Assembly: GCF_018398935.1 (NCBI RefSeq)
Contig: NZ_CP074694.1
Span: forward strand, 1,830,001-1,862,000
DNA: 32,000 nt
Direction of reading: 5' to 3'
Origin: Telmatocola sphagniphila
GTDB taxonomy: Bacteria > Planctomycetota > Planctomycetia > Gemmatales > Gemmataceae
Below, one piece after another: positions 7,297 to 16,009 of the stretch. The position numbers and the translations under genes were made by a program. The notes below the pieces were generated by a model. The model was not told the DNA's origin and ran no database searches. It was given only the letters and a program-made list of their open reading frames with translations. The first letter of the stretch is position 1. Each line of letters opens with the position of its first letter.

Positions 7297-10044
7297 ATGC
7301 GATCCTCTCCCGCGCTTCTTCTGTTGCTTTTACTTGCTCCCGGTCTGGGGTGGCTTGCGGGGGATTTTTCGGCCTTACCTCTCCTCGCCCAGTCGAAAGA
7401 GACGGGAAAAGAATCGCCCGCTTCTGATTTTTGGTCCTTTCAGCCGATCCGCCGCCCGAAGATTCCCACCCCTCCCACGGAAGATAGAACTTGGGTTCGC
7501 ACTCCCATCGATGCTTTTATTCTGGATACACTGCACGCGCACGGTTTACGCCCTTCCCCGGAAGCGAGCAAACGAGTGCTCGCGCGGCGCGTCTCTCTCG
7601 ACCTGACGGGGCTTCCTCCGACTCCTAAAGAATTGGAAGATTATCTCCGCGATTCCTCCCCCGAGGCATATGAGAAACTCGTCGATCGCCTGCTCGCTTC
7701 GCCGCACTATGGCGAACGCTGGGCCAGGCACTGGCTCGATATCGCGCATTACGCCGATTCCCATGGCCAGGATCAGGATCGATTTCGCCCGAATGCCTGG
7801 CCCTACCGAGATTATCTCATTCGCTCCTTTAACGCCGACAAACCGTACGCGCGACTGACACAAGAACAGATCGCGGGCGATGTTCTCTTCCCGGATAACC
7901 CCGAAGCTCTGCTCGCTACGGGATTTCTGGCTGCCGGTCCCTGGGACGAGAGCGGCCTGCGCGACATCAACGAAAACTCGATCGATCGCCAAGTCGCCCG
8001 GTATCTGGATCGCGACGACATCGTCACTTCCACCATGACCACTTTTATGGGGCTGACGGTTCACTGTGCCCGCTGTCACGATCACAAATTTGATCCAATC
8101 TCTCAGGCGGAGTATTACGGTCTTCAGGCCGTATTTGCGGGAATCGACAAGGCGGAACGGCCTTATGATCCCGACCCGAAGGTGGCCGTGCAGCGCCGGG
8201 AGTTGAACGCGGAGTTGGAACGAATTCGAAGCTTAAAGGGCCGGACGGATAAAACTTTGTTGACGCCGGAAAGGCAAAAGGCCGTCGCGGCGTTCGAGCA
8301 GCAAAGAAAAGCCGCCACGTCCGCCTGGTTCGTACCGGTGCCGGAAACCTGGCAAGCGCAAAAAGGGTCGTCCTTGCGGGCCTTACTCGATCGTTCGATT
8401 CTGGCCGTGGGCCCAACTCCCGAAAAAGATACCTACACGATCACGCTTTCGACCGATCAGATCGGGATCACGGGCGTACGGCTCGAACTGTTATGCGACG
8501 ACACGCTTCCTCACCTGGGACCGGGCCGGGCCAGTAATGGCAATCTCCATCTCTCGGAGATTCGAATCCGGGTCCATCCTCTCGGAAAACCCGACCAGGT
8601 CAAGCTCGTGCGGGTGAAAACGGCCCGGGCCGATTTCAATCAGGCCGATTGGGGCATCGAGAAAGCCATTGACCAGATTCCTTCCACGGCCTGGGGTATC
8701 CATCCGGAGGAAGGGAAACCGCACACCGGCGTCTTCGCCTTTGAAAAACCCGTCGGATTTGAGGGAGGAACAATATTTCAAATCGAGCTCGATCAAATCC
8801 ATGGCGGCGGCCATTTGATCGGAAGATTCCGACTGGGGCTCACCACAAGTAAGAATTTGCTCGAGATCGCGGCTCCGCTTCCAGAACCGATTGCTGCCCT
8901 GCTGGCCTTGCCGGAGACCCAGAGAGCCGACCTGCAACGTTGTGAACTTTCGCGCTGGTTGTGGGAAAATCAGCTCTCCCGGGAATGGGACAGCCTTCCC
9001 CCGCAATCCCGAATCTATTGCGGTACCAACCAGTTCCCGAGTGAAGGCAGTTTTCGCCCAGCCACGACTCCGCGCCCGGTCCATATCCTCAAGCGCGGTG
9101 AGATCAGCCGACCGGGCGCCCTGGCGACCCCGGCGGCCCTGGAAGCTCTGGCCGAAGTGAAAACTGCCTTCGTTCTGAAGAATCCCCAGGACGAAGGACA
9201 ACGGCGGGGCGCCCTGGCGAAATGGATCACCGATCGGGAGAATCCGCTGTTCTGGCGTGTCCTCGTCAACCGGATCTGGCATTACCATTTTGGCAAAGGG
9301 ATCGTCGATACCCCCAACGATTTCGGGAAGATGGGCGGACCTCCTTCCCATCCCGAACTGCTCGATTGGCTGGCCACTGAGTTCCGCGACCAGGGCGGAT
9401 CGCTGAAGAAGTTGCACAAAATGATCGTTCTGAGCAGCACCTATCGGCAAGCCGTCTCCTCCAATCCGGAAGCGGAGCAGAAAGACGCCGACAATCGACT
9501 GCTCTGGCGAATGAACCGCGGCCGGCTCGATGCCGAGTCGTTGCGCGATAGCGTGCTCCGGATCAGCGGCCGACTCGATGAAAAAATGTACGGGCCGCCG
9601 GTCAAACACTTTCTCACTCAGCCCGGAATCCATGTCACCCCGACGGCCGATTACGAGCAGTTTGACGTCGATTCTCCCGAGGCTTCCCGACGCAGCGTCT
9701 ATCGCTTTCTATTCCGAACCCGCCCCGATCCCCTGTTGGAAGCGCTCGATTGCCCGGATGCCTCGCAGTCGGCGCCCGTCCGAAATACTTCCGTCAGCGC
9801 TACCCAGGCGCTCGTGCTCTGGAACGACAAATTCATTCTCAAACAGTCTGAGCATCTTGCGAAACTGGCGGAGCAATCGGCCTCCGATTCCGCCGGGAGA
9901 TTGGAATTTATCGCGCAGCGCGTGCTCCTGAGAAATCCGACCACGGAGGAAGTGAAATTGTGGGGAGAGTATGCCCGGCATCACGGTTGGGCCAACCTCT
10001 GTCGGGTGCTGTTCAACTGCAGCGAATTTCTGTTCATCGATTAA
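7297..10044 (+). CDS. DUF1549/DUF1553 (PSD1-type) domain protein, secreted, with central beta-sandwich-like insert
   Basis: 915-aa ORF with signal peptide MRSSPALLLLLLLAPGLGWLAG. DUF1549-type motifs are present (LVDRLLASPHYGERWARHWLDIAHYADS, HCARCHDHKFDPISQAEYY). The DUF1553-type C-terminus has RVLVNRIWHYHFGKGIV, HPELLDWLA and a terminal NCSEFLFID. Confidence 0.9.
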   Translation: MRSSPALLLLLLLAPGLGWLAGDFSALPLLAQSKETGKESPASDFWSFQPIRRPKIPTPPTEDRTWVRTPIDAFILDTLHAHGLRPSPEASKRVLARRVSLDLTGLPPTPKELEDYLRDSSPEAYEKLVDRLLASPHYGERWARHWLDIAHYADSHGQDQDRFRPNAWPYRDYLIRSFNADKPYARLTQEQIAGDVLFPDNPEALLATGFLAAGPWDESGLRDINENSIDRQVARYLDRDDIVTSTMTTFMGLTVHCARCHDHKFDPISQAEYYGLQAVFAGIDKAERPYDPDPKVAVQRRELNAELERIRSLKGRTDKTLLTPERQKAVAAFEQQRKAATSAWFVPVPETWQAQKGSSLRALLDRSILAVGPTPEKDTYTITLSTDQIGITGVRLELLCDDTLPHLGPGRASNGNLHLSEIRIRVHPLGKPDQVKLVRVKTARADFNQADWGIEKAIDQIPSTAWGIHPEEGKPHTGVFAFEKPVGFEGGTIFQIELDQIHGGGHLIGRFRLGLTTSKNLLEIAAPLPEPIAALLALPETQRADLQRCELSRWLWENQLSREWDSLPPQSRIYCGTNQFPSEGSFRPATTPRPVHILKRGEISRPGALATPAALEALAEVKTAFVLKNPQDEGQRRGALAKWITDRENPLFWRVLVNRIWHYHFGKGIVDTPNDFGKMGGPPSHPELLDWLATEFRDQGGSLKKLHKMIVLSSTYRQAVSSNPEAEQKDADNRLLWRMNRGRLDAESLRDSVLRISGRLDEKMYGPPVKHFLTQPGIHVTPTADYEQFDVDSPEASRRSVYRFLFRTRPDPLLEALDCPDASQSAPVRNTSVSATQALVLWNDKFILKQSEHLAKLAEQSASDSAGRLEFIAQRVLLRNPTTEEVKLWGEYARHHGWANLCRVLFNCSEFLFID

Positions 10045-10056
10045 GGGGAGGGAGCG

Positions 10057-11457
10057 ATGGTGCCGCACCGACGGGAATTCCTGGCCACCGGCTTCGGCGG
10101 CATGGTGCTCTCCCACCTTCTGGCCGGGGAGCAGAGTGCAAAACCCAAAGCGGAGTTCAACGGCGGCCTGCACCACCCGGCCAAAGCGAAACGGGTTTTG
10201 CAGATTTTTCTCAATGGCGGCATGAGCCAGATGGACACTTTCGATTACAAGCCTGGCCTGGAGAAGAGACATGGCCAGCAAATCGATTTGGGGTTGAAGG
10301 CGACCGCGACGGGAACCCCCGGGCCACTGATGAAATCCCCCTTCCCCTGGAAACAGCATGGCCAATCCGGTCGCTGGGTCACAGACGTTTTTCCGTACCT
10401 CGCCGGTTGCGTGGACGATCTGGCCTTTCTGATGGCCATGGCTTCCAAATCGAATGTGCACGGCCCGGCCAGCTACCTGCAGACGACGGGATTTCTGCTA
10501 CCCGGTTTTCCCTGTGCCGGAGCCTGGGTCAGTTACGCGCTGGGTCGGCTGACCGACAACCTGCCGACTTTTGTCGTGCTGCCCGACGCACGCGGGCTCC
10601 CCTACAACGGCATGGGAAATTTCTCGGCCGGTTTTCTTCCGGCCTCCCATCAGGCCACGGTGGTGAATCCGGCGGCTCCAATTCCGATTCCCGATCTGGC
10701 GCCACCGACCGCCAGTAAATTCGTCACCCCCGAAGCGAGCGCGGAGGGTTTGAAACTGTTGAAACGAGTCAACGAGTCGTATGCCCAGGATCGCGTCGGA
10801 GATTCCCGGTTGACTTCCCGTCTGGAAAGTTACGAACTGGCCGCACGTCTGCAATTGTCGGCTCCGGAGGCCTTCGATCTGTCGAAAGAAAGCTCATCCC
10901 TTCGCGAAAAATATGGGACGGCGCGAAACGGAGCCGAGGGAGCTTTCTCCCGGAACTGCTTGATCTCCCGGCGCCTCCTGGAACGGGGAGTCCGCTTCGT
11001 GCAACTCTGGAGCGGCGCGGGGGGACCCAGCAATAATTGGGACAACCATAGCAATATCCCCAAGGAACTGCCGCCGATCGCCCGTCAGGTCGATCAGCCG
11101 GTGGCCGCCCTGCTCGCCGACCTGAAATCTCGCGGTTTACTGGACGATACTCTGGTGATTTTTACGACTGAATTCGGGCGGATGCCGGTCACTCAAAACG
11201 GCGTCGGTAGAGATCACAACGGCGGCACTTTCGTCACCTGGTTGGCCGGGGCGGGGATCAAAAAAGGCGTCGCCTACGGCGCCAGCGACGAATTCTCCTA
11301 CCTGGCGGAACGGGAGAAAACGACCTGCTACGATCTTTACGCGACCGTTCTGCATCTGTTAGGCATCGATCACGAGAAGTTGACGGTGCGGCACAACGGC
11401 ATCGACCGGCGTCTGACCGATGTGCATGGAGAAGTGATCCGGCCGATCCTGGCGTAA
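10057..11457 (+). CDS. DUF1501 domain protein (sulfatase/alkaline-phosphatase-fold), Tat-signal-like N-terminus
   Basis: 466-aa ORF that starts 12 nt after the upstream stop, with a strong SD (GGGAGGGAG). It has a twin-arginine-like N-terminus (HRREFLATGFGG) and typical DUF1501 motifs (IFLNGGMSQMDTFDYKP, FTTEFGRMP, GRDHN, LHLLGIDHEKLT). Confidence 0.9.
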   Translation: MVPHRREFLATGFGGMVLSHLLAGEQSAKPKAEFNGGLHHPAKAKRVLQIFLNGGMSQMDTFDYKPGLEKRHGQQIDLGLKATATGTPGPLMKSPFPWKQHGQSGRWVTDVFPYLAGCVDDLAFLMAMASKSNVHGPASYLQTTGFLLPGFPCAGAWVSYALGRLTDNLPTFVVLPDARGLPYNGMGNFSAGFLPASHQATVVNPAAPIPIPDLAPPTASKFVTPEASAEGLKLLKRVNESYAQDRVGDSRLTSRLESYELAARLQLSAPEAFDLSKESSSLREKYGTARNGAEGAFSRNCLISRRLLERGVRFVQLWSGAGGPSNNWDNHSNIPKELPPIARQVDQPVAALLADLKSRGLLDDTLVIFTTEFGRMPVTQNGVGRDHNGGTFVTWLAGAGIKKGVAYGASDEFSYLAEREKTTCYDLYATVLHLLGIDHEKLTVRHNGIDRRLTDVHGEVIRPILA

Positions 11458-11487
11458 GCGGAGAGGCTTTCCAGGGCGCTTTCGCAG

Positions 11488-11541
11488 GGTTCGCCTAACG
11501 GCCAGGGAATCCAAAACAAATCGACGACCGAGAGGCGAACC
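11488..11541 (+). terminator. 9-bp perfect inverted repeat (GGTTCGCCT...AGGCGAACC) followed by TTTAT; possible terminator-like or structured element
   Basis: The element starts 31 nt downstream of the DUF1501 stop. The stem is perfect, but the 36-nt loop is long for an intrinsic terminator. Confidence 0.2.
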
Positions 11542-11631
11542 TTTATCATCCGACTGCTTGTTGTCCGTCTTTCTCCATAAACTGGACCAGAGAAACAGGG
11601 ATGGCTCAAGCGGATATTCAGGAGGGATCGC

Positions 11632-12780
11632 ATGTCGGTCATCTGCTTCTTCGTAGCGATTCTGATCATAGGTATCGTCTTTCTGGACACCTTCGAAGCG
11701 ATGATCCTGCCACGTCGGGTCCGTCATCCGTATCGCCCCGCCCGGGTTTTTTACCGCTCCTCCTGGACCGTTTGGAGCCTGCTCGCGGATCGCATCGCGC
11801 AAAGCCGAACGCGGCAGGCCTTTTTGAGTATCTTCGGTCCCCTGTCGATGTTCGTTCTGATTATCGTCTGGGCGATTGGATTGATTTTCGGTTTTGCGCT
11901 GTTGCACTGGTCGCTGGGAACTCCGCTCGGGACACCGGCGAATACTAGTATCCGCCTGACGACCTATGTCTACTTCAGCGGGACGACTTTCTTCACGCTG
12001 GGCTACGGCGACGTGGTACCGATCGGGATGATTGGCCGAAGTTTGAGCATTATGGAATCGGGGATTGGATTTGGTTTTCTGGCGCTCGTGATCAGCTATC
12101 TGCCCGTCTTATATCAAGCATTCTCCCGCCGGGAAATTATTATTTCCCTCCTGGATGCCCGGGCCGGTTCGCCGCCGAGCGCTGGAGAGTTTCTACGCCG
12201 AGCATCCGAAGCACGCAGCCTGATGAATCTGGGCCCCCTCTTGATCGAGTGGGAGCGCTGGGCCGCGGAATTACTCGAAAGCCATCTATCCTTTCCGGTG
12301 CTGCGGTTTTATCGTTCGCAGCACGACAACCAGTCCTGGCTGGCCGCACTAACTATGATCCTGGATTCGACCGCCTTCCTGATTGCCAATTCGGAAGAGC
12401 CCGAGGGGTATCAGGCGCGCTTGACCTTTGCGATGGCCCGACACGCGGCCGTGGATCTCGTGCTGGTTTCGCAAACCACGCCTTCGCCCCTGGAGATCGA
12501 TCGCTTACCGCCAAGTTCACTGAAGTTTTTGAGCGACAATCTGAAAGCCATGGGTTACCCGGTGCGGAAGGATGCCGATCTCGACAAAGCCCTGGACGAA
12601 TTGCGCTCCCTCTATGAGCCTTTTGTGAACACGCTCTCCCAGTATCTAAAATTCCCTCTCCCAGAGTTTGTGTTGGCCAATCAACCGGTGGATAACTGGC
12701 AAACCAGCCCGGGCATGCCCCGTTCCCCGGGTCTTTCGAGTCTGCAGGACCTGGAACGCCGGCACGAGCATTGGGAGTGA
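11632..12780 (+). CDS. Two-TM potassium channel family protein with uncharacterised cytoplasmic C-terminal domain
   Basis: 382-aa ORF. The K+ selectivity filter TLGYGD (nt 11995-12012) lies between hydrophobic helices (LSMFVLIIVWAIGLIFGFALL and GIGFGFLALVISYLPVLY). I recognise no RCK motif in the ~230-aa tail. Confidence 0.8.
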   Translation: MSVICFFVAILIIGIVFLDTFEAMILPRRVRHPYRPARVFYRSSWTVWSLLADRIAQSRTRQAFLSIFGPLSMFVLIIVWAIGLIFGFALLHWSLGTPLGTPANTSIRLTTYVYFSGTTFFTLGYGDVVPIGMIGRSLSIMESGIGFGFLALVISYLPVLYQAFSRREIIISLLDARAGSPPSAGEFLRRASEARSLMNLGPLLIEWERWAAELLESHLSFPVLRFYRSQHDNQSWLAALTMILDSTAFLIANSEEPEGYQARLTFAMARHAAVDLVLVSQTTPSPLEIDRLPPSSLKFLSDNLKAMGYPVRKDADLDKALDELRSLYEPFVNTLSQYLKFPLPEFVLANQPVDNWQTSPGMPRSPGLSSLQDLERRHEHWE

Positions 12781-13189
12781 ATTGGCCGAGGCGTCGAGGC
12801 GGCGTAGTCCCCCTGCGAGCCAATGAATTCAATAAGTCTCGCCAGTAGCTTGTCCTGCTGCTGGGAAAAGGTCGGCCTGATCCATGGGAGGGTTGGCCCG
12901 TGCCGCGGCAATTGCCCTTGGTTCCGCTAGGGAATTACTCTCGGTTGCATTGGATCGTTGGCGAGCGGGGAATGGGTGGAGAATCGGAGAGCGGCATCGA
13001 TGACGATTGAGTTTCACAAAATGCTCTTCGATCCTGGAATCCGGCCGCCGCGCTATCCGGACCCGCTCCGTTTTCAGCGGTTTATCCAAGTGGAAATCGT
13101 TTCGATAGGATAGTAACTGATTTGGGCGTAGAAACAGCTAAAGGTTTCCCTCCGCTACCCCCCTGCCCTTAAGAAGGTGTTCTTCTCCG

Positions 13190-15544
13190 ATGCCAGATCA
13201 CACCAAACAGACCAAACTCCTTCCGGGCGAGCAATCGGCTTCCGGCCAGCAACCCAACCCCACGTTTGATACGGCCGATTTTCAATCCGGTTCCCCGGGC
13301 CATTCGCCCGAGGACAAGACGCGCGGTCCAGATCGAAAAACCACTTTGGAAGAAGAAAGGACTACTGAACACGAACCGGAAGCGATCCCCGGATATAAGG
13401 TGGAGGGCATCCTCGGTCAGGGAGGAATGGGCATTGTTTACAAGGCCAAAGATCTGAGTCTGAAAAGAACTGTTGCCCTGAAGATGATCATTTCCGGGGA
13501 TTTCGCCGGTTCCAAAGAATTGGCTCGCTTTCGCATCGAAGCGGAAGCGGTGGCTCGTCTGCAACACCCGAATATCGTTCAGATCCACGAAGTGGGAGAA
13601 ACCAAAGGCCGTCCCTACCTCGCCCTCGAGTTTGTGGAAGGCGGAACCCTGGCGACCAAACTCGCTGGCAAACCGCTTCCTCTCCGCGAAGCCGCCAAAT
13701 TGGTCGAATCGCTCGCGCGCGGCATGCAACTGGCCCACAGTCGCAACGTCATCCACCGGGATCTGAAACCGGGTAACATCCTACTCAAGAGTGATGGCAC
13801 CCCGAAAATCGCCGACTTTGGTCTGGCCCGTCAGCTCGACACCGACAGTAGTGAAACTCAGTCCGGGGCGGTCATCGGCACCCCTTCTTACATGGCGCCC
13901 GAGCAAGCGGCGGGAATGGCGAATGAAGCGGGACCAGCAACGGACGTCTATGCCCTGGGAGCGATTCTCTATGAATGCCTGACGGGGAAGCCTCCGTTCA
14001 AAGCTGAGTCGATGATGAAGACTCTGGACCTCGTCCGAAATGCCCAGCCGGTACGCCCCTCGCTTCTCCAGCCGGGCGTGCCGTTGGACCTCGAAACGAT
14101 CTGCCTGAAATGCCTTCGAAAGGAGCCCGAGAATCGCTACGCTTCCGCGGCCGAACTGGCGGATGAATTGGTTCGATTTCTTCAAGGCGAACCGATTCTG
14201 GCTCGTCCCATGGGTCGCATCGAGCGCATGGAACGCTGGGTCCAGAGAAATCCAGTCGTCACGGGATTGTTGGCCGCCGTGGCGGTCAGTTTGTTGGCCG
14301 GAATATCGGTGAGTTACTGGAAATATCGGGAGGCCAAGTTGGCCGCCGAGAAGGCGATCAAAGCCCAAAATTTTCTCGTCAGCATTTTTAAGATTTCTGA
14401 AACTCATAGCGATGGCGGAAACGTCACCGCCCGGGAAATCCTTGCGGATGCTCAACGACGGATTCCGATCGAATTCGCGGACCAACCGGAATTACAAGCC
14501 GTATTGACAGCCGCCATTAAAGAAGTGAATCGGAATATCCACAAGACGATTCCGGCGGCTCTGGTCCTGGAAGTAAGTGGACCGATAAAAATTCAATCCA
14601 AACATGAATGGAAGGGTCAGTCTGACTCTCAGCGTTTGCTTTATCCCGAGGATCAATTGGAACTGGGCCCGGGGGCCACTTGTCATCTCTATTTTCTGGA
14701 GGACCTGCATCATGAATGGCTCAAAGCAGGCTCGAAATGCTCCATTGAACAGAATGGGTGTGAGCCCCCCGAGGCAGTCCGGGAAAGAGATAGCAATAGC
14801 CTGATGACTTTTGTTCGAGTACCCAAAGGCAAATTCTACAGGGGTTGGTCTGCGAATAAATTACCCAACCTGACGGAGATCCCAGAAGATTTCGAAATCG
14901 CAGTTCACGCGGTCACCCAGGGATTATGGATGGATGTGATGAAGCAGAATCCCAGCATTATTTCACGCCAGGGTGATTATTCCCACTTGGTGAAAAGCGT
15001 TTCAGATGAAGAACTGAAACTATTTCCTGTAGAAAATGTTACCTACGCGGAGATTGAAATTTTCTTAATAAAACTGAACGAACGGGAGAAAAGCCGAGGG
15101 TTTCGCTACAAATTGCCAACCGAGCATCAGTGGGAGTACGCCTGTCGAGGGGCGGCTCATACGCTAGAGGAGTGCTCCTACTATTACTATTTCGACACTC
15201 CGACCAATCGGCTGACGTCCCAATTGGCTAATTTTGATGCGATTGAGGAGCCGGACTTAGGGAAAAATAAGAAAAAAAACCTTCCTGTTCGCGTCGGAAT
15301 GTATCCTCCCAATAAGCTGGGATTGCATGATATGCATGGAAATATCTGGCAATTATGCACCTCATCTAAAGTAGATTCGAAAATCAGCAAAGCCAAAGAT
15401 AATGGCAAATTTATTACTGTCGCTCGTGGAGGAGGTTACTCCGAAAGAGCTCAAAAATGCGATTCAGCACATTCATTTTTCCCTCCAGAAAATGTTCGCA
15501 TGGAAGTAATCGGATTTCGATTGGTTCGAGTTCCCATGAGTTAA
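13190..15544 (+). CDS. Membrane Ser/Thr protein kinase with extracytoplasmic C-terminal FGE-sulfatase-like (SUMF1 family) domain
   Basis: 784-aa ORF. Kinase motifs are present: GQGGMGIVY, ALK, HRDLKPGNILL, DFGLAR, SYMAPE. There is a single TM (VVTGLLAAVAVSLLAGISVSYW). The C-terminal ~240 aa carry FGE-family motifs (YKLPTEHQWEYACRG, NKLGLHDMHGNIWQLC, ARGGGY, GFRLVR). Confidence 0.9.
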   Translation: MPDHTKQTKLLPGEQSASGQQPNPTFDTADFQSGSPGHSPEDKTRGPDRKTTLEEERTTEHEPEAIPGYKVEGILGQGGMGIVYKAKDLSLKRTVALKMIISGDFAGSKELARFRIEAEAVARLQHPNIVQIHEVGETKGRPYLALEFVEGGTLATKLAGKPLPLREAAKLVESLARGMQLAHSRNVIHRDLKPGNILLKSDGTPKIADFGLARQLDTDSSETQSGAVIGTPSYMAPEQAAGMANEAGPATDVYALGAILYECLTGKPPFKAESMMKTLDLVRNAQPVRPSLLQPGVPLDLETICLKCLRKEPENRYASAAELADELVRFLQGEPILARPMGRIERMERWVQRNPVVTGLLAAVAVSLLAGISVSYWKYREAKLAAEKAIKAQNFLVSIFKISETHSDGGNVTAREILADAQRRIPIEFADQPELQAVLTAAIKEVNRNIHKTIPAALVLEVSGPIKIQSKHEWKGQSDSQRLLYPEDQLELGPGATCHLYFLEDLHHEWLKAGSKCSIEQNGCEPPEAVRERDSNSLMTFVRVPKGKFYRGWSANKLPNLTEIPEDFEIAVHAVTQGLWMDVMKQNPSIISRQGDYSHLVKSVSDEELKLFPVENVTYAEIEIFLIKLNEREKSRGFRYKLPTEHQWEYACRGAAHTLEECSYYYYFDTPTNRLTSQLANFDAIEEPDLGKNKKKNLPVRVGMYPPNKLGLHDMHGNIWQLCTSSKVDSKISKAKDNGKFITVARGGGYSERAQKCDSAHSFFPPENVRMEVIGFRLVRVPMS

Positions 15545-15680
15545 AAGCATTTTCACGAGCGCACAAAAAAACATATTGAGCCTGACATTATACCTCGATC
15601 AACCTTCAAGTTATTTTTTGATGTACTGACTTAGAAAGAAGGGGAAAAACCGCAATCCTAAAATTGCGTCCGGATTTTCA

Positions 15681-15709
15681 TTGAATTATTTTTAGCGTAT
15701 TATTACACT
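15681..15709 (+). promoter_or_regulatory. Sigma-70-like promoter candidate for the small-peptide/protease unit (TTGAAT-17 nt-TACACT)
   Basis: A -35-like TTGAAT (15681-15686) and a -10-like TACACT (15704-15709) with a 17-nt spacer lie in an AT-rich 216-nt gap. Planctomycete promoter rules are poorly known, so this is only pattern matching. Confidence 0.3.
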
Positions 15710-15760
15710 CAAATCTTGAATTTCCCGCACAAGACGTTTATACCATTTAGGATTTGTCCT

Positions 15761-15973
15761 ATGTTTCTTCCCCCCCGTATCCTCGCCCAAACGAATACCT
15801 CAACACGTTCTTTTGAGGAGAAGGACTACACCGCCGCCGGGGACGAGGTTATACCCGCAGGTGGAAATTCACCCTCCTGTGGCCCAGGTATGAAAGAATG
15901 CACATTAGGCAGTGCGTCATGGTGCTGTTCTTTAACATCCACGTGTGGCTCGGCAATCGGTGGGTGCAGCTGA
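15761..15973 (+). CDS. Small Cys-rich precursor-like peptide (70 aa; leader + 6-Cys core)
   Basis: ATG at 15761 is preceded by AGGA 8 nt upstream. The ORF track starts it at an in-frame TTG (15716). Translation: MFLPPRILAQTNTSTRSFEEKDYTAAGDEVIPAGGNSPSCGPGMKECTLGSASWCCSLTSTCGSAIGGCS. It is co-directional with the S8 protease and ends 36 nt before it. There is no homology evidence; support is positional and architectural only. Confidence 0.5.
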   Translation: MFLPPRILAQTNTSTRSFEEKDYTAAGDEVIPAGGNSPSCGPGMKECTLGSASWCCSLTSTCGSAIGGCS

Positions 15974-16009
15974 ATTCTTGTATCGTAGCTGCTCTAACTT
16001 GCCCGTAAA

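Noticed and set aside
8491-9633. Long antisense ORFs inside well-supported genes: 8491-9633(-), 9709-10461(-), 7546-8085(-), 13169-13756(-), 13781-14485(-), 17672-18748(-), 26510-27358(-), 27856-28356(-), 9960-10718(+) and 23088-27(+).
   Set aside because: All overlap CDSs that have clear family motifs on the other strand or frame. Their translations are Arg/Pro/Gly/Ser-rich and low in complexity, with no recognisable motifs. This is typical of shadow ORFs in GC-rich DNA.
11359-11907. A 182-aa ORF (-) spans the DUF1501/K+ channel intergenic region.
   Set aside because: It overlaps the well-supported K+ channel N-terminus on the opposite strand. Its translation is highly charged and low in complexity, with no recognisable family.
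15716-15760. The track's upstream starts: TTG 15716 for the small peptide, GTG 21235, 23972 and 26825 for the neighbouring genes.
   Set aside because: Internal ATG starts (15761, 21268, 24110, 26879) give proper signal or Tat peptides or an RBS, and they avoid overlap with upstream genes or the putative promoter. The longer forms cannot be excluded without experimental data.
15878-15895. The CGPGMK stretch in the small peptide resembles the sulfatase FGE target motif CxPxR, next to a gene with an FGE-like domain.
   Set aside because: The essential Arg at +4 is missing (Met instead), and the downstream auxiliary LTGR-like element is absent. The neighbouring FGE-like domain also appears to lack the catalytic Cys pair. 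The match is best treated as coincidence unless shown otherwise.
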